Origin: Octopus sinensis
Lineage: Eukaryota
Direction: 5' to 3'
Assembly (NCBI RefSeq): GCF_006345805.1
Contig: NC_043001.1
Coordinates: forward strand, 74,090,001-74,154,000
Length of the DNA: 64,000 bases
Program-made: the position numbers and the translations under genes
The notes under the pieces: model-generated
Databases searched by the model: none
What the model was told of the DNA's origin: nothing
Seen by the model: only the letters and a program-made list of their open reading frames with translations
Shown here: positions 12,092 through 24,306 of the stretch, one piece after another
Layout: each line of letters begins with the position of its first letter
Numbering within the stretch: the stretch's first letter is position 1

Positions 12092-12464
12092 GTATCAAGG
12101 GAAGATAATTCGACGAAGAAGCAAGAATTGATTGATAAATTAAAATCATTGGCTGCAGACATTCCCAACAAAATCCATCCATTGGCACCATTTGGGAATG
12201 AATCTTGTAATCGTGTTGTCAAAACTTTTGGTAAAGAATCTGTAAATGTAGGAAAAGTGAAGGGTGTTGTTGAAATTGGAGAGAAAGCAGGATGGCTCCG
12301 TACCTCCAATGTTGGAACAACCACTGGCCAACGGAGTTATTATTTTCTGAACCAACTTGCTCGACTGGAACTGGCCCTAGTAAATTATTGTCTGGATAAG
12401 CTCCGTTTGGAAGGATTTCAATTGGTATCTGTTCCAGAGATTTTAAGGCCAGAAATCATTGAAG
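12092..12464 (+). CDS. SARS2: Mitochondrial seryl-tRNA synthetase, coding exon 2
   Basis: Acceptor TTACAG at 12086-12091 (phase 0). IPNKIHP, TGQRSYYF and LARLELALVNY..EGFQLVSVPEILRPEIIE (class II motif 1 region). Donor GTATTT at 12465, phase 1. Confidence 0.92.
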
Positions 12465-13159
12465 GTATTTTATTTTTCAAATTTTATATTAAAGATTATT
12501 TCATTACCATCTTTTAACATCCGCCTTCCATGCTGGCATAGTTTGGACAGTTTGACAGGATCTGATATATTGAAGGACTGCATTGTGTTCCAGTGTCTGC
12601 TTTTGCATGGTTTGTATGGTTGTGTACCCTTTCTAATGCTAACCACCTGACACACACACATATAACAATACACAAACTCACACACATATATAAAATATAT
12701 GTGTGTGTGTTACTTTGTTTTACTGTCTCCCCGCCTTGTTATCACATGGTAGCTGTAAGCAAGTGTCACTGACATCCTAATGGTGTCCTTTGTTTCCAAT
12801 CTTCCATGAAATCATGTCTGGGCAAGATGAAATATTACCTTCGTTGGAACAGGTGAGGTTTGATGATAGGAAAGGCATCTAGTTGCACAAAAGCTGTCTG
12901 ATTCATGTGAGCATGTTAAAGTGTATGTTCCATGTATATATATATATATTTATATATATAGTATATATACTGTGTGTATATATATATAGTATATATACTG
13001 TGTGTGTATATATATATATACGCACATACATACTCTCTTATACACACATGCACCTTTGTGTTGAGGGTCATCTTTACCTTGTTATCTCCCCTACTTTCCT
13101 TCCTGTGTTTGACCCTTCTGTTCGGCACTAGTCACCATGATAGATCGTTAGCCTCTACA

Positions 13160-13321
13160 CACATTTTTTTCTCTCCTTGTTTTTTCTGTGTCCCTTTCTG
13201 TAGAAGAGCATAGGCTCGAAACGTAAAAGACTTTTTCTATTCCTGAGCATTACACTAATACATCTGTTTGTTTTGTGCACCACCTGTCTTCGTCTTTTGT
13301 TTTTTTCGTAAACTCTCCCTA
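13160..13321 (+). repeat. Penelope-associated terminal repeat (pLTR-like) containing a hammerhead-like motif
   Basis: The same unit recurs at 15420-15580 (3' of the PLE coding relic) and, inverted, at 27990-28145, 28333-28488, 36243-36310 and 37027-37094. Nearly all copies end in a (TA)/(TG) microsatellite. Confidence 0.7.
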
Positions 13322-13443
13322 TATATATATATATATAACCCATGCTAGCATGGAAAGCGGACGTTAAATGATGATGATGATGATATACTGTGTGTGTATA
13401 TATACTTTGTTTGTATATATATATATATATGTATGTATATATA

Positions 13444-13489
<46 letters not shown>

Positions 13490-13491
<2 letters not shown>

Positions 13492-15580
13492 TCTACCTCT
13501 GCCATCTTACCCATACTCCGCACCACTTCCTATTGCCTTATGTGTCCCACTATTCATTCTAATCTCTCCAGAGTGCACGCCTTCGACTACTTTCTTTCTC
13601 TCACTTATTCCACCTTTCTGCTGAACTTGTCCTCTCCCTCAACTGCTTCTCATTTGCGGGGAACTTTTACCAACAGGACTTACGAGTGGCCATGGGAATG
13701 AGAATGGACCATAACTATGTGAACTTGTTTGTTGGCTATGTCGAGGCCCAAATAGTTTCACAAATGAGCTATAGTCGTTATATTGAGGACTGTATCAGTG
13801 TGACCTTACTCTCCCATGAACAACTGGACTCCTTCCTTTCCTTTGTCCAATTCTTCCATCCTGCCGTCAAATTTTCCTGCATTATCTCTAACTCTTCCGT
13901 TGGATTTCTTACATTTCTGTCAGCATACACCACTCTTCTCTCACTATCTCCATCCACTACAAACACACTGACTCACTCTCCTACCTTAACTTCTCCTCCT
14001 CCCACCTTACCTACACGAAGCTCTCCATCCCCTACTCCCAATTCCTCCATCTACACAGGCTCTGCAATGACGACCATGACCTTGAGACTCAGTCTCAACT
14101 TATGGCTCACCACTTCATCTTACATCGATATCCCCTCACCATTATCCACACTGCCCTAACCCAGGCATAACCTGTGGAATGTGCCTCTGCTCTTTCTACT
14201 TGCACTTGCCTCCACACTTACCTGTCTCCCATTTCACCTCACCTAGCACCCCTCCACGCTACTCTCCAATGCACCATTCTCCGAGCCTTCCATCAACTCC
14301 AGTCCAACCCTTACCCTTTGAAAATCTTCCCTTACCTACACCTTCCCTCCTTTAAATGAGCCCATAACCTGCATGACCTCCTGGTTCACAGTTTCTTCCC
14401 TACTCCTGTCTCCCAGCTTGGTTCCTTCCCCTCCTCCCACCCACACTGTTGCACCTGTCCCTCCCTCTCCAACACCACCAACCTCACAGGCACCCATCAC
14501 TGTCTGTATCATGTCACTGACTCCTTTACCTTCACTTCTAGTATGTTATTCACTACCTCTACACCTCTCCCTGTCCTTCCCTGTACATTGGTCAAACAGG
14601 ACGCCACTTCCGATCTACCAGTCATTTGCTACAACAGCTGCCTGTGTTTGGACTGTCACTGCACTGGGACCATTCGGACTCCTGTTTTCACTGTGAACAA
14701 GAACTAATCTTCTCTCTTCACTCCTTTGCACTAAATGGGCTCAACTCACCTCCTCTCTTCATCTGACAGCAACCCCATTGGATTCCCACACACCTCCCAC
14801 ATTGAACTTCCCCCCTCCATCTACACATCTGCTTATCGTTTACCTCAGTACCCTCCCCACACACGCACCACTATACAAACACTCATATACTCTGTTCAAC
14901 TCATCACTCACTTCACACACCTTTACAGACACACATACCCTCAACCCCTTCCCATTCCACATGCACTAGCACCGACCACTTCTCAGTACCCACACCACAC
15001 ACCATTATCCACACACCCTCATGCACACAATATATACACCCACACAAGCACGTAATACCTGAACACAGACAATATATACACACATGCAACACACATAAAC
15101 ACACGCATAGACAAAGATAACTTTCACCCACAAACATACACTATGCACATGCACACTATTTGGCCACAGACACACACATACTCATGTGTGCACGCCACTT
15201 TAAAAAGAACACACCAGTGGCTACACACATACAGTACACACAAACACGCACATGCATCAGACTCACTCGCCAACCCCAATTCACACATACACACTCACAC
15301 ATACACCTTTTTCGTTGGGATCACCATTATTATCTCCCTTCCATTCAACCTTTTTTTTTATTATCTCCCTTTCATCCAACTTGTTTTCTAGTCTTCTCGT
15401 CATGTTGGACCTTTGAACTCTACACAGTTTTTCTCTCTCCATTTTTCCACTTATTCCTTTCTGTTAAAGTGCGCGGGCTCAAAATGTAAAAGACTTTTCC
15501 ATTTTTCCTGAGCATTAGACTAATACGCCTGCTTGTTGTTTCTACACCTGTCTTCGTCTTTTGCTTTTTTGTAAATTTGA
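13490..15580 (+). mobile_element. Penelope-like element relic (RT plus GIY-YIG endonuclease)
   Basis: LNCFSFAGNFYQQ, VAMGMRMDHNYVNLFVGYVE, YSRYIEDC (RYxDD), FHPAVKF, HYKHTDSLSYLNFSSSH, SIPYSQF, and later LYIGQTGR (YIG). Frameshifted and ending in the terminal repeat. Confidence 0.88.
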
Positions 15581-15605
15581 ACTGTGTGTGTATGGATGGA
15601 TGGAT

Positions 15606-15960
15606 GGTAAGGAACTTGCTTCCTAACCATATGGTTCTGGATTCAGTCTCACTGCATGGCACCCTGGACAAGTGTCTTCTACTGTAGCCTCAGGCCAGCC
15701 AAAGCCTTGTGAGTGGATTTGGTTGATGGAAACTGAGAGAAACCCATTGTATATATATATATATAATATGTATGTGCTTGTCTCCTCACCATCGCTTGAC
15801 AACCGATGCTGGTGTGTTTATGTCTCTGTAACTTAGTTGTTTGGCAAAAGAGACTGATAAAATAAGTACTAGGGGTTGATTTCTCTGACTAAAATCTTTT
15901 AAGGCAGTGCTCCAGCATGGCTGCAGTCAAATGACAAACAAGTAGAAAAATAAAAGAATA
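15606..15960 (+). mobile_element. SINE family B, near full length
   Basis: tRNA-like head, CORE-like CCTGGACAAGTGTCTTCTACT, internal (TA)n, tail GGCAGTGCTCCAGCATGGCTGCAGTCAAATGAC. Confidence 0.8.
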
Positions 15961-17660
15961 TATATGTGTGGATGATGATAATTTCAACCAAGACATTAGT
16001 ACTGTGTCTGATTGTTTAAAGGCTTTGATTCTGTGTAGGTACATATTCTTACACAATTGCTGACATTTACTAATGGTTTCTCTCGTAGTTTTGATGCACC
16101 ATTTTCTATGATTAGTAAAATTGACAACATTTTTGATGACACAGATATACTAGTAATATATATTATGCATTTGATACCTTAAAGATTTGTTTTCATTGTT
16201 GTGTTTTTAAGAAGTTCCTTTTGCAATCATAGATTCAGTCCCTGTATGCAGAAACTTGTACAGATAGGTTTGAGAGATATTCAAATCCTTACAGGCTTTC
16301 ACTGCAGTTTGTTATAGAGAAAAATAATCCAGAAAGTGCTCTCTATTGGACTAATGGATGCATTTTGAATAGGTTTGTCCTCTGCGAACGATAGAGGGTA
16401 CTCTGAGCTGGCTGGTGTCTTAATACCTTTTTGTCTTGAGCAAGAATATTTTTCTCTATGACAAATTTATTGAAAACCCATTATATGTTCAAATATCTCC
16501 CAAATATATCTGAACTCATCTTAAGCTAATATTAGTATATATACATCTGTTTGTATCTGTTGATTGACTATTTTGCTCTGTGAGAAGGGAGAGAATCATC
16601 TTTCCTATTTTCCATTTTCGTGAATAATAAGGCATTCTTTAGTACTATTAAATGCCTCTTCCTTTTAATCTTAATTTTTCTTTTAATTTTAGTCCTTAGC
16701 ATTTGCATAAAACTATTTTTGTCTTGTGGGACATCTTTAGAATGAAACTATAGGGTCTATTAAATTAAATTAAATTAAATACTTATTAACTTTATAGAAG
16801 GCAATGAAAAAAATATATAGAGATATATAATGTTGGTGAAACAAAATTTTAATTTTGTTTTGTCTTTGGTCAGTAAGTGCTATTTCCTATTTGCTTCTAT
16901 CTAGAAATCAAAGGATATGACTACTATTCCCTTGAAACTCTACTTTAGTGACCTGGATATCAATATTTTGAAACTCACCTATTTTACATTACATTTCAGA
17001 TTCATCACTGAGTTGCTGAAGCAGAAATATCATAATAGCAAATATTCTGCTCAATACCACAGATTTGCTTGTCAATTACTTGACTTTAACCACTTGAGCA
17101 TGTCACTTTGTTGCTGACAATATGTGTATCTCAGATTATGAGCAGGAGTAGTAGGGGAGCATCAAAGCCAGATCTTGAGAGGGATTCTTCGAGGTTTCAA
17201 TTAATGTAGCAAAAGCAAAGTTTCGAGGAAATATTAGCCATTTTTCATACTTTTTAGGGGTAAAGAAATAGGAAATAACAGTTACTACCCAAAGACAAAA
17301 ATCGTGTTATGCAGTGTAATCAAAGTGTTTCTTTTAGATAAGAGCATTATCATTCATGGGTTTCAATAGAAGTCATCGTGAAGTGTGTGGCCTAGTGGTT
17401 AGTGTGTTGCACTCATGATCATGAGATCATGGATTTGATTCCCAGATCAAGTGATGCATTGTTGAGCAAGACACTTCATCCCATATCATCACTTTGTCAT
17501 CTGACATGTGACTCACTGTGCACCTGTACAGTCAATGTCAATTTGATGGAGGGAGTGAGCTTATAAGCAGCCATTTGATCATTATAAATGAATCACCTGT
17601 GCAGATTGTCTAGCAAGAAATTGCAGAACCATCTGTGTTAGGCTCAAGAGACAACCATTA

Positions 17661-17696
<36 letters not shown>

Positions 17697-17911
17697 AAGT
17701 AGTAGTATTAGATGACTTCATTTGAAATTTACATACTTGAAAAAATGTTATGCAGATGATCCGCTTTCTCTTTTTTTTTTGTGTCTTTTTATCAACATAA
17801 CCAATGCTCTTGCAATTCTGAATGTGATTATATCACATACATCTGTCAGTTGTTCGATAAGGACTCTGCTATTTCTAGTGATCTATCTACATGTACAAGC
17901 ACACATACATG

Positions 17912-17913
<2 letters not shown>

Positions 17914-17951
<38 letters not shown>

Positions 17952-18106
17952 CATCGCATCCATGGCCATTTGGTACCAATTTTGCTTCCCAATAGGCACA
18001 CACATACACTGACGCACGCCTGCAGTACAGCCAACCCATATGTATGTATGTATGTATGTATGTATACACACACACTTTTATATATATGTATGTATATATA
18101 CACACT

Positions 18107-18166
<60 letters not shown>

Positions 18167-18330
18167 TATATACACATATATATATATACACACACACACA
18201 TATATATATATACACCACACACACATATATATATATATATAATATATATATATATATACACACACACACATATATATGTATATATATATATATACACACT
18301 TATATATATATATATATATACACACACACT
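17914..18330. repeat. Compound (TA)n/(CA)n/(TATG)n microsatellite tract
   Basis: Direct reading. It is the source of the many YIYI/HTHT pseudo-ORFs. Confidence 0.95.
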
Positions 18331-18332
18331 TA

Positions 18333-18618
18333 CGTGGCCGATGCCAGCACCGCCTTGACTGGCTTCTGTGCCGGTGGCACATAAAAAAAGCACCAACCGA
18401 TCGTGGCCGATGCCAGACCCCTCTGGCACCTGTGCAGGTGGCACGTAAAAAGCACCCACTACACTCGCGGAGTGGTTGGCGTTAGGAAGGGCATCCAGCT
18501 GTAGAAACACTGCCAGATCAGACTGGAGCCTAGGGCAGCCCCTGGCTCCCCAGACCCCGGTCGAACCGTCCAACCCGTGCTAGCGTGGAAAACGGACGTT
18601 AAACGATGATGATGATGA
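18333..18618 (+). mobile_element. 5'-truncated RTE LINE 3' UTR
   Basis: Closely matches the 26600-26920 tail of the RTE element and ends in TTAAAC(GAT)n. Confidence 0.85.
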
Positions 18619-18809
18619 TACACTTATATATATATATATATAGACTTATATATGAATGGCATAAATTGTAATTCTTATGAAAGAAAATACTCAAAAAGTT
18701 GGGAGAGATGTGTTGTTATCATCAGGCAATTCTCCAAACTCTTTGATTATTTTCTTTATTCTGTTCCTTATTTTTCTTATTTCTACTTTTTCCTTTTTAT
18801 TTTATTTAG

Positions 18810-19534
18810 GATGTGGTTTTAAAACAACAGGAGAAAGAACGCAGGTTTACAAACTTGATGCAAAGCGCCATGGATCAGCTTGTTTGTCAGGTACCTCAGA
18901 GATGGCTCTTGCTGGATATTTCCAAAACCAAGTATTTTCTATTCAAGATCTGCCCATGAAACTAACTGCTGTCAGTCGATGCCACCGTGCTGAGGTTTCC
19001 GAACTTGAAGAAGAGAAAGGAATCTACCGAGTTCACAACTTTACAAAAGTCGAGATGTTTTCAATTGTGGCTCAAGAAACTGGAAAGGAAAGTGATGATT
19101 CTCTTCAAGAATTTGTTGATCTTCAAACTGACCTTTACCAGAGTTTGGGGTTACATTGTCGACTCTTAGATATGGCAAGTCAAGAACTTGGTGCCCCTGC
19201 AAGTAGAAAGTTTGACTATGAAACTTGGATGCCAGCCAAGGGTTTCTGGGGAGAAATCTCAAGTGCTTCAAATTGTACAGACTATCAAAGCCGACGATTA
19301 GGAGCAAAGTATAAAAATAAAGACAATCAACTCACATATGTACATACAATAAATGGCACAGCATGTGCTGTGCCACGGCTGGTGATGGCAATTATTGAGA
19401 ACAATCAATTACCAAATGGTAGTGTTCTTTTACCTCAAGTGTTACATCCTTATTTCCGAGGAAGCTTATTAACTGTGGAACCAAAATCTTTAAATCATTG
19501 GAAGAAATCTCTCACTCCTTTCACAGTACAATGA
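18810..19534 (+). CDS. SARS2: Mitochondrial seryl-tRNA synthetase, coding exon 3 (catalytic core to stop)
   Basis: Polypyrimidine tract and TAG acceptor at 18807-18809. The junction G|GA restores IIEGCGF. Motifs CLSGTSE, SRCHRAE, GIYRVHNFTKVEMF (motif 2), ELGAPASRKFDYETWMP, GEISSASNCTDYQSRRL and HTINGTACAVPR (motif 3). TGA at 19532-19534. The spliced CDS is 297+373+725=1395 nt. Confidence 0.97.
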
Positions 19535-19724
19535 TAACTAGTTTAATTAAAGATACTGATATTTTTCTTTGTTGTTGTTATTATTATTTACTTTTAATCT
19601 GCCTGTTTGTTACACTCACTTGTTGAGACACACCCAGCATCCTAGGATGCTTGAAGGATAAGAGATGTTACAGTATGACTGAAAACTTGGGGAGGGGAAG
19701 TAGCAAAATATCTTCATGTAATAC

Positions 19725-20005
19725 AACACAGACTCTTAAATTGATAGGGTTTTTTCTAAGGATGTGGGCAGTACTTTTGGATTTCTCTGAGACATAGTTC
19801 TCCTGGTATATTATCTAGATGTTTCTGACATCCCTTTTCTTATCATACCTAGGGTACCCACTATAACCGGAACAGTTCTCGCTTTAAGATGCCATATCTT
19901 TTGTATTTCAATTTTCAGGTCCTTATATTTACTTAATTTGTCAAATTCCTTTACAGATATATTTTAATCAGTGGGAACACTTAAATCTATTAGTCTACAA
20001 GTATC
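19725..20005 (-). mobile_element. R4/Dong-type LINE 3' fragment
   Basis: The reverse complement encodes LIDLSVPTD..KEFDKLSKYKDLKIEIQKIWHLKARTVPVIVGTLGMI, an RLE-domain C-terminus. Confidence 0.7.
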
Positions 20006-20041
20006 CCCCCACCCCCGTTTTTAATTACTATATTATTATAA

Positions 20042-22390
20042 TAAGGTGGTGAGCTGGCAGAATCATTATCACATCGGGCAAAATGCTTAGTAGCATTTCG
20101 TCTGGCTTTACATTGTAAGTTCAAATTCCAACAAGGTTAACTTTGCCTTTCTCATCCTTTTGGGGGTCAATAAACAAGTACCAGTTGCATGCTGGGGTCA
20201 ATGTTACTAGCTTACCCTTTCTCTAAAATTGCTGCCACTGTACCAAAATTTGAAACCATTATCATCATCTATATTATTATTAACATTATCATTATTGTTA
20301 TTCTTAAAAAGGCAGTGAGCTGGAAGAATCGTTACCACACTGGACAAAATGCTTATTAGCATTTCTTCTAGCTTTATATCCTGAGTTCAAATTTCACTGA
20401 GGTCAACTTTGCCTTTCATCCTTTCAGGGTCAATCAAATAAGTACCTGCTATAGAGAGAATTATTATTAAGATGGCCAGTTGGCAGAAAGTACATGCTTT
20501 GCAGTATTTCTTATTTCTTTATTGCCCACAAGGAGCTAAACATAGAGGGGATAAACAAGGACAGACAAAGGGATTAAGTCGATTACATCAACCAAAGTGC
20601 ATAACTGATACTTAATTTATCGACCCCAAAAGGATGAAAGGCAAAGTCGACCTCGGTGGAATTTGAACTCAGAACGTAATGGCAGACGAAATACCAATAA
20701 GTATTTCGCCCGGTGGGATAACGTTTCTGCCAGCTTGCCGCTTTGCATTATTTCTTTGGGCTCTTTCCATTCCAAATTTAAATTCCACTGAGGCCAACTT
20801 TGATTTTTTATCCTTTCAAAGTTGATAGAGCAACAGCAAAGTATTAGTATTCAACTATTCCCTTTTCTCAAATTTTGGGTGTTGTGCCTATATCAGAAAT
20901 TATTATTCTTCGTAGTAGTAGTAGTAGCAGTAACAGCAGCAGTAGTACTGTCATGTGCAAAATTGATATGGCAGTGGATGAAATGTGTTCTGAGTTTTGT
21001 CTATGTCTTAATATTCTGATTTCAAATCTTGTTGAAATCAACTTTGCCTTTCATCCTCTGGGGCAGATAAAATAAAGTACCAGTCAAAAGCTGGGCCAAT
21101 ATTATTAACTAATCTTCTTCCTTCCAATTTATAACTATGTGCCATATTAGAGAAATTAGGAATGGTGGGTATAGAACTGGTAGAGTAGCAAGCAAAATGG
21201 TAGGATTAGATGGTAGAACTAGTAGTGCAGTGGGCAAATTGCATTGTTGTGTTTAGTTATATCCCTTTACATTTTGAGTTCAAATCCTGCTAAAGGTGAC
21301 ATTGCCTTTCATCCTTCTTGAGTCAATGAAATTAACTCCCAATCAAGTTCTGTGGATGATTCACTTAACTGTCACTCTTCCATCCAGTTTTGTGACCTTG
21401 TGTCCAGGCAGAATCAAAATCACCAGTGACCCCGTCTGACTTCATAACAAAATCCATACCTGGACTCCAATTACATCCATGCATCCATCACAAATAGATG
21501 CAACTTGTTTTATTTTTACAATTTTTTGTTTGTCTCCCTTTTTAAAAAAAAATTATCTCCATCAAACGCTCATTTGTCAAAATCAACAGGAGTGGCCATC
21601 ATTATTATGATTACTACTACTACTACTAAGACAGTAAGGTGGCTGAGTCATTAGCATGCTGGGCAAAATGCTTAATGGCATTTCATTTGTCTTTATGTTC
21701 TGAGTTCAAATCCTGCCGAAGTCGATTTTGCTTTTTATCCTCTTGGGGTTAATAAAATATGTATCAGTTGAGCACTGGGGTAGATGTAATCAACTTATTT
21801 CTCCCCCAAACTTGCTGGCTTTGTGCCAAAATTTGAAATTATTATTATTATTATAGTCAAAGTTGGAGTACACCAAACTGTAGTTGTACTGCTGATATTT
21901 GAACTCAGAATGAGTTGTGTCTAAATACAGCAAGGCATTTTTTCTAAGTATGGCAAATCAACAAAACTGTTAGACAAAATCCCTTGTGGGTTCCCCCACC
22001 CCCATATGTTCTGAGTTCAAATCCCATGAAAGTTGATTTTTGCCTTCCTTTTGAGGTTAATAAAATAAAGTACTAGTCAAGCACTGAAATCAGTTTCCTC
22101 AACTGTGCTCCTCCCCTCAGAATTGTTGGCCTTGTTCCAAAATTAGTAAGGATTTATTATCATCTGAAATTTATTATTATAATTACAGTCAGCTGGCAGT
22201 ATCGTTAGCACACCAGGTGAAATGCTTGGCAGTATTTCACCTGTCTTCACATCCTGAGTTCAAAATCCACCTTTTGCCTTCTATCCTTTCTGGGTCGATA
22301 AAATAAGTACCAGTCAAGTACTGGGAGTGATGTAATCAATGTTTCCCTCACCCCCAAATTTCAGGCCTTGTACCTATTGTAGAAAGAATT
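20042..22390 (+). mobile_element. Cluster of about 8 head-to-tail SINE family A copies
   Basis: Heads or bodies at about 20042, 20308, 20468, 20960, 21160, 21628, 21940 and 22190, mostly separated by (ATT)n/(AGT)n. Confidence 0.8.
20512..20741 (-). mobile_element. SINE family A, long-tail subfamily, nested in another SINE
   Basis: Near-perfect TSD TTTGCAGTATTTCT (20498-20511) / TTTGCATTATTTCT (20742-20755). Highly similar to 40571-40803. Confidence 0.85.
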
Positions 22391-23499
22391 ATTATTATTA
22401 GAAACCATTTCCAGTACTACTATCCCATCATTGAAAACTTGAAATTCTTTGGGAATTTACTTTGCAATGAATTTAATTCCTGCTTCGTAACTGAAGTTGA
22501 AACTTGCAATAGTAAAAACTAAGTTCCTTCTTCAAGAATGGTAAAAAAGATGTGAGAGGTGTCAACTATCTAAACAGTTATTTTATTTTCTATGCTATTT
22601 TGTATAAGTCTCAGTCCTTTGGCTGCTGAATATATGGTCAGGCAATTGTTGTGCTGATGATGGCAATTGAACCAGAAAATGACTGTCCTCTTATCTCCAG
22701 ACATTAAGCCTGTCCTTTTCCTTAATGTCATGTCAATTTAGGAGAATACACAATTCTTATGATTATCTCCCCTCCTCAAGTGGAGCTGGACTTAATTGTC
22801 ACTTGGTAATTATAATAATATCCTTCAGAGCAGCTAGTCTCAACTTTTTTTGTTTTACCTCTGGACTCCTTTTAATTTATATTTTACTCTACTGGACTCC
22901 CATATTAAAAAAAATTATATTATATTTGCATAGTTGGATATTATTAGAAATTCTAATATACAAATTATCATAATATTTTGTGTGTAGTTGACGTAAATAC
23001 CAATTTATTGCTCATAAGCTTCAACAAAATCTTATATGAAACCTCAAGGGTCATATGGACGCTAGTTGAGAATCACTAGTCTAGAGGCAGAAATAATGTT
23101 AATAAATCAAGAATCTATGTTGTATGCTATTTAATATACCTGTATTTGTCTGTTCAGATAGATGCTACTGGCCACTCAGCTATTTTTCTTAGCTCATTTT
23201 TGTATAAGCCTTTAAGCATTCAAATTACTCTGTGAAAGGAATGCTTATTGAGTCACATTGTTTTGAATTATGTTTTAGCTTTTAGCTTTGAGATTCTAAT
23301 GATGTGATTGATTATATTTAGAATAACATTGTAGAGTAGGTGTAAGAGGTCAGGTCTGAACAGAAAATGGGTAGAATGTTCGGGCCTGAAATGGCCAGTT
23401 TAAATACTTAAGGGTTAAATAATTATTGCTCTATTTATTAATTAACTTTAAAATTTTAACTCAAAATTTAGTCAGCAGAAGCTGAGATATTTTGCTGAT

Positions 23500-23845
23500 T
23501 CTTTTATTTGTTTCAGTCATTTGACTGTGGCCATGCTGGGGCACCACCTTTAGTCGAGCAAATCAACCCCAGGACTTATTCTTTGTGAGCCTAGTACTTA
23601 TTCTATCAGTCTCTCTTGCTGAATCACTAAGTGACGGGGATGTAAACACACCAGCATCGGTTGTCAAGCAATGTTGGGGGGACAAACACAAACATACATA
23701 TATATATATATACGACTCACAAGGCTTTAGTCGGCCCAAGGCTATAGTAGAAGACGCTTGCCCAAGGTGCCACGCAGTGGGACTGAACCTGGAACCATGT
23801 GGTTGGTAAGCAAGCTACTTACCACACAGCCACTCCTGTGCCTAT
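23500..23845 (-). mobile_element. SINE family B, near full length
   Basis: The reverse complement reads GGCACAGGAGTGGCTGTGTGGTAAGTAGCTTGC..CTTGGGCAAGCGTCTTCTACT..(TA)n..GGTGGTGCCCCAGCATGGCCACAGTC. Confidence 0.85.
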
Positions 23846-24267
23846 AATATTAGAACAGAGGCAATATTAATACTGGGAGGTATGTTTATACTCACTTAAA
23901 TGTGGATGTTTCACTCATGCACTGCAATATAGTTTGTCCTAACAGAACATTCATGTTTAAATGGACATAGGAAAACTAAATTTTATTGATGTAACATAAT
24001 GTTAAACATACTTCAGTATTTTAGATGTAATAGAATATCCTTTCTTTTAATTTATCCTTTACTTGTTCCAGTCATTAGACTGCAGCCTTACTGGGGCACC
24101 ATTTTCAAGGATTTAGTCAAACTGACTCCAGTAATCATTTTTAAGCCAGAAACTTAAGCTATCAGTCTCTTTTTGCTGAACTTTGAAGTTAATGGAAAGT
24201 AAACAAACCAACACCTGTTGTCAAGCAGTGGTGGTGGGGAGAAACACAAAGATGCACACACACACAG

Positions 24268-24301
<34 letters not shown>

Positions 24302-24306
<5 letters not shown>

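Noticed and set aside
16230-16480. Possible degraded coding fragment on the minus strand (ACKDLNISQTYLYKFL, HTH-like)
   Set aside because: Too short and interrupted by stops and frameshifts to support a call without a database search.
17722-18573. Numerous 60-180 aa ORFs rich in YI/HT/CV (also at 12883-13701, 28092-28766, 36020-37142, 39463-40009, 48581-48908 and others)
   Set aside because: These are translations of dinucleotide and tetranucleotide microsatellites that lack stop codons, not genes.
18677-18809. Hydrophobic 'transmembrane' N-terminus of the 285 aa SARS2 ORF
   Set aside because: It is the intron polypyrimidine tract upstream of the acceptor at 18809.
24183-24301. N-terminal 40 codons of the 640 aa ORF
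   Set aside because: Derived from an antisense SINE tail and (TA)n that happen to be in frame; not part of the RT.
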